Shown: positions 45,363-48,595 of the stretch, in pieces | Numbering within the stretch: position 1 is the first letter of the stretch | How the letters are laid out: each line of letters starts with the position of its first letter | DNA from: Pirellulales bacterium | Lineage (GTDB): Bacteria > Planctomycetota > Planctomycetia > Pirellulales > DASRSE01 | DNA length: 48,595 bases | NCBI GenBank assembly: GCA_035656655.1 | Contig: DASRSE010000125.1 | Coordinates: 1-48,595 of the forward strand | Direction: 5' to 3' | The notes under the pieces: model-generated | Database searches by the model: none | What the model was told of the DNA's origin: nothing | The model's input: only the letters and a program-made list of their open reading frames with translations | Made by a program: the position numbers and the translations under genes

Positions 45363-47147
45363 ATGACTGCTCCCTTGCCTGCCGCTTCACCATCTGCCTC
45401 GAAACTGGTTGAGATGTCCTGGGATCCGATCACGCGGATCGTCGGCAGTCTCGGGATCTATACCAAGCTCGACTTCGAGCAGCGGCGCGTGGTCGAGTGC
45501 CATAGCACCTCGTCGATTTTTCGCGGCTATAGCATTTTCATGAAGGGGAAAGATCCGCGCGACGCCCATTTGATCACGAGCCGGATCTGCGGCATCTGCG
45601 GCGACAACCAAGCGACCTGTGCCGTGTACGCGCAGAATATGGCATTCGGCGTCCAGCCGCCCGCCTTGGCCGATTGGATCATCAATCTCGGCGAAGCGGC
45701 CGAGTACATGTTCGACCACAACCTCTATCAGGACAATCTGGTCGGCGTCGATTTTTGCGAGCGCATGGTCCAAGAAACGAATCCTGGCGTCCTGGCTCGG
45801 GCCGCGCAAACCGATGCGCCGCATGCCAAGCTGCACGGCTATCGGACCATCGCCGACATCATGCGAGCGCTGAATCCCTTTGAAGGGGCGTTGTATCGCG
45901 AAGCGCTGCAGATGAGCCGGCTGACCCGCGAAATGTTTTGCTTGATGGAGGGGCGGCATGTCCACCCCTCGACGCTCTACCCTGGCGGCGTCGGCACGGT
46001 GGCATCGGTTCAGCTCTTCAACGATTATCTGGTGCGGCTGCTCAAATACATCGACTTTTTGAAGCGTGTGATTCCGCTGCACGACGACCTCTTCAACTTC
46101 TTCTATGAAGCCTTGCCCGGCTATGAAGAAGTCGGACGCCGGCGCGTGCTGCTGGCTTGCTTCGGCTCGTTCAACGACCCGGCAGTCTGCGACTATCGCT
46201 ATGCATCGATGAGCCAGTGGGGACGAGCCATGTTTGTGACGCCAGGCATCGTCGTCGATGGCGAGCTGATCACGACCGACTTGGTCGAAATCAATCTCGG
46301 CATTCGCATTCTCGTGAACAGCTCGTTCTATGACGATTGGCAAGATCAGGATCGCTTCGTTTCGGTCGATCCGCTCGGCAATCGCGTCGACCCGCGTCAC
46401 CCCTGGAATCAAACGACCATTCCGCGGCCGCAAAAGCGCAATTTTTCCGACAAGTATAGTTGGGTGATGTCGCCGCGGTGGTTCAATCGTCGCACCGGAG
46501 AGCATCTCGCGCTCGACACGGGAGGCGGCCCGCTGGCCCGGTTTTGGGTGACCGCGCTGGCCAACAAGGTTCGCTTGAATCACGTCCAAGCCACCGGTCA
46601 CAGCGTGAAAATTCAACTGCCGAAGACCGCTTCGTTTCCCGAGATGGAACTTGAATGGCAGATTCCGAAATGGAGCAACGCCCTCGAACGCGACCGGGCG
46701 CGAACTTATTTTCAGGCGTATGCGGCCGCCGCCGCACTCGATTTTCTCGAGCGCGCCATGGCCGAAGTCCACGCCGGCCGCACGAACACCTGGTCCGCCT
46801 TCAAAGTGCCCGACGAAGCGATCGCGTGCGGCTTTCATGAGGCGGTCCGCGGCGTCTTGTCGCATCATGTGGTCATTCGCGAAGGCAAGATCGCGAACTA
46901 CCATCCTTATCCGCCCACGCCGTGGAACGCCAGCCCGCGCGATCCGTATGGAACCGCCGGACCGTACGAGGACGCAGTCCAAAACACGCCCATTTTTGAA
47001 GAGAATGGCCCGGACCAGTTCAAAGGGATCGATATCATGCGGACCGTCCGCAGTTTTGATCCGTGCCTGCCGTGCGGGGTGCACATGTATCTAGGGAACG
47101 GAAAAACGCTCGAAGCGCATCAGTCGCCGACCTTTGGCCGTTCTTAG
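45363..47147 (+). CDS. hhyL: [NiFe]-hydrogenase large subunit, group 1h/5 (Hhy-type), copy 2, with a variant L1 motif
   Basis: 594 aa. L1 is TSRICGICGDNQATC (Gln codon CAA at 45609-45611, where copy 1 has His). L2 is SFDPCLPCGVHMY plus a C-terminal tail. Confidence 0.9.
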   Translation: MTAPLPAASPSASKLVEMSWDPITRIVGSLGIYTKLDFEQRRVVECHSTSSIFRGYSIFMKGKDPRDAHLITSRICGICGDNQATCAVYAQNMAFGVQPPALADWIINLGEAAEYMFDHNLYQDNLVGVDFCERMVQETNPGVLARAAQTDAPHAKLHGYRTIADIMRALNPFEGALYREALQMSRLTREMFCLMEGRHVHPSTLYPGGVGTVASVQLFNDYLVRLLKYIDFLKRVIPLHDDLFNFFYEALPGYEEVGRRRVLLACFGSFNDPAVCDYRYASMSQWGRAMFVTPGIVVDGELITTDLVEINLGIRILVNSSFYDDWQDQDRFVSVDPLGNRVDPRHPWNQTTIPRPQKRNFSDKYSWVMSPRWFNRRTGEHLALDTGGGPLARFWVTALANKVRLNHVQATGHSVKIQLPKTASFPEMELEWQIPKWSNALERDRARTYFQAYAAAAALDFLERAMAEVHAGRTNTWSAFKVPDEAIACGFHEAVRGVLSHHVVIREGKIANYHPYPPTPWNASPRDPYGTAGPYEDAVQNTPIFEENGPDQFKGIDIMRTVRSFDPCLPCGVHMYLGNGKTLEAHQSPTFGRS

Positions 47148-47390
47148 CACGGGCACGACCGGCGCCGTTCGCGCCGCCGGCACGCGGCGCGGCGAACCCG
47201 CTCACGCCGAATCCGCAGTCGGGGTGGCGGTTGCCGCTCCGGTTGTGCGCGTGGTAGCGGTTGTGTCGGCGGCGCGTCCGCCCAAACGCGCGCTTCGCAG
47301 GCGGCGTGGCACGCCGCCAAGCCATCGCCGCGCCGAAAAACCTAAGCTTGCGAACCTGCCCCCCGCCCCGTGACCCCGCCCACCTTTGCC

Positions 47391-48595
<1,205 letters not shown>

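Noticed and set aside
20769-47147. I considered whether the hydrogenase island is a recently duplicated or horizontally mobile element (genomic island or transposon).
   Set aside because: The window contains no transposase, integrase, tRNA attachment site or direct terminal repeats. The two hhySL copies differ at most synonymous sites in the block compared by hand, so the duplication is old. Composition looks uniform with the flanks apart from short AT-rich intergenic patches.
47300-47318. The GC-rich hairpin GGCGGCGT-ggc-ACGCCGCC downstream of hhyL2 looked like a possible intrinsic terminator separating hhyL2 from the PAS kinase.
   Set aside because: No U-tract follows (the next bases are aagccatcg), it lies about 150 nt after the stop, and short GC palindromes are frequent in this composition. 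I cannot decide from sequence alone whether it terminates transcription.

Overview
High-GC bacterial chromosomal segment. The gene content (Tad pilus genes, SET-domain protein, very large hybrid kinases) loosely suggests Planctomycetota, but that is only a guess. I call 41 protein-coding genes and find no rRNA, tRNA, CRISPR array, transposase or integrase. From left to right: (1) tad pilus genes cpaF(partial)-tadB-tadC. (2) A housekeeping and envelope block: GT4 glycosyltransferase, hpt, a heterodimeric ABC exporter pair, a stand-alone MprF-C-terminal-like (DUF2156) protein, a secreted GH2 glycosidase, a CDGSH Fe-S protein, a DegT-family aminotransferase, csrA, a TPR protein, a SET-domain gene followed by hrpB, a UdgX-like family-4 uracil-DNA glycosylase and an NADP/F420-type oxidoreductase. 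(3) From about 20.4 kb to 47.1 kb, a [NiFe]-hydrogenase island. It holds two diverged, inverted copies of a group-1h/5-type (Hhy-like, no Tat signal) small and large subunit pair. Between them lie an FNT channel, a maturation endopeptidase, four conserved genes of unknown function, a NifU-like protein, hypA, hypB, hypC, hypD, hypE, a double-SIS protein and hypF. Also between them is a four-gene signalling operon: CHASE3 hybrid kinase, cheR, cheB, REC-HK-REC. (4) A PAS-PAS histidine kinase runs off the 3' end. The most interesting signals are: the second hydrogenase copy, which has His->Gln in the invariant L1 motif and sits between sensor-kinase genes; the CheR/CheB phosphorelay with no MCP; the block of unknown genes inside the maturation operon; a perfect sigma-54 core promoter in an AT-rich island upstream of an unusually long csrA; a UdgX-type KRRLH loop; and an array of palindromic REP-like repeats.
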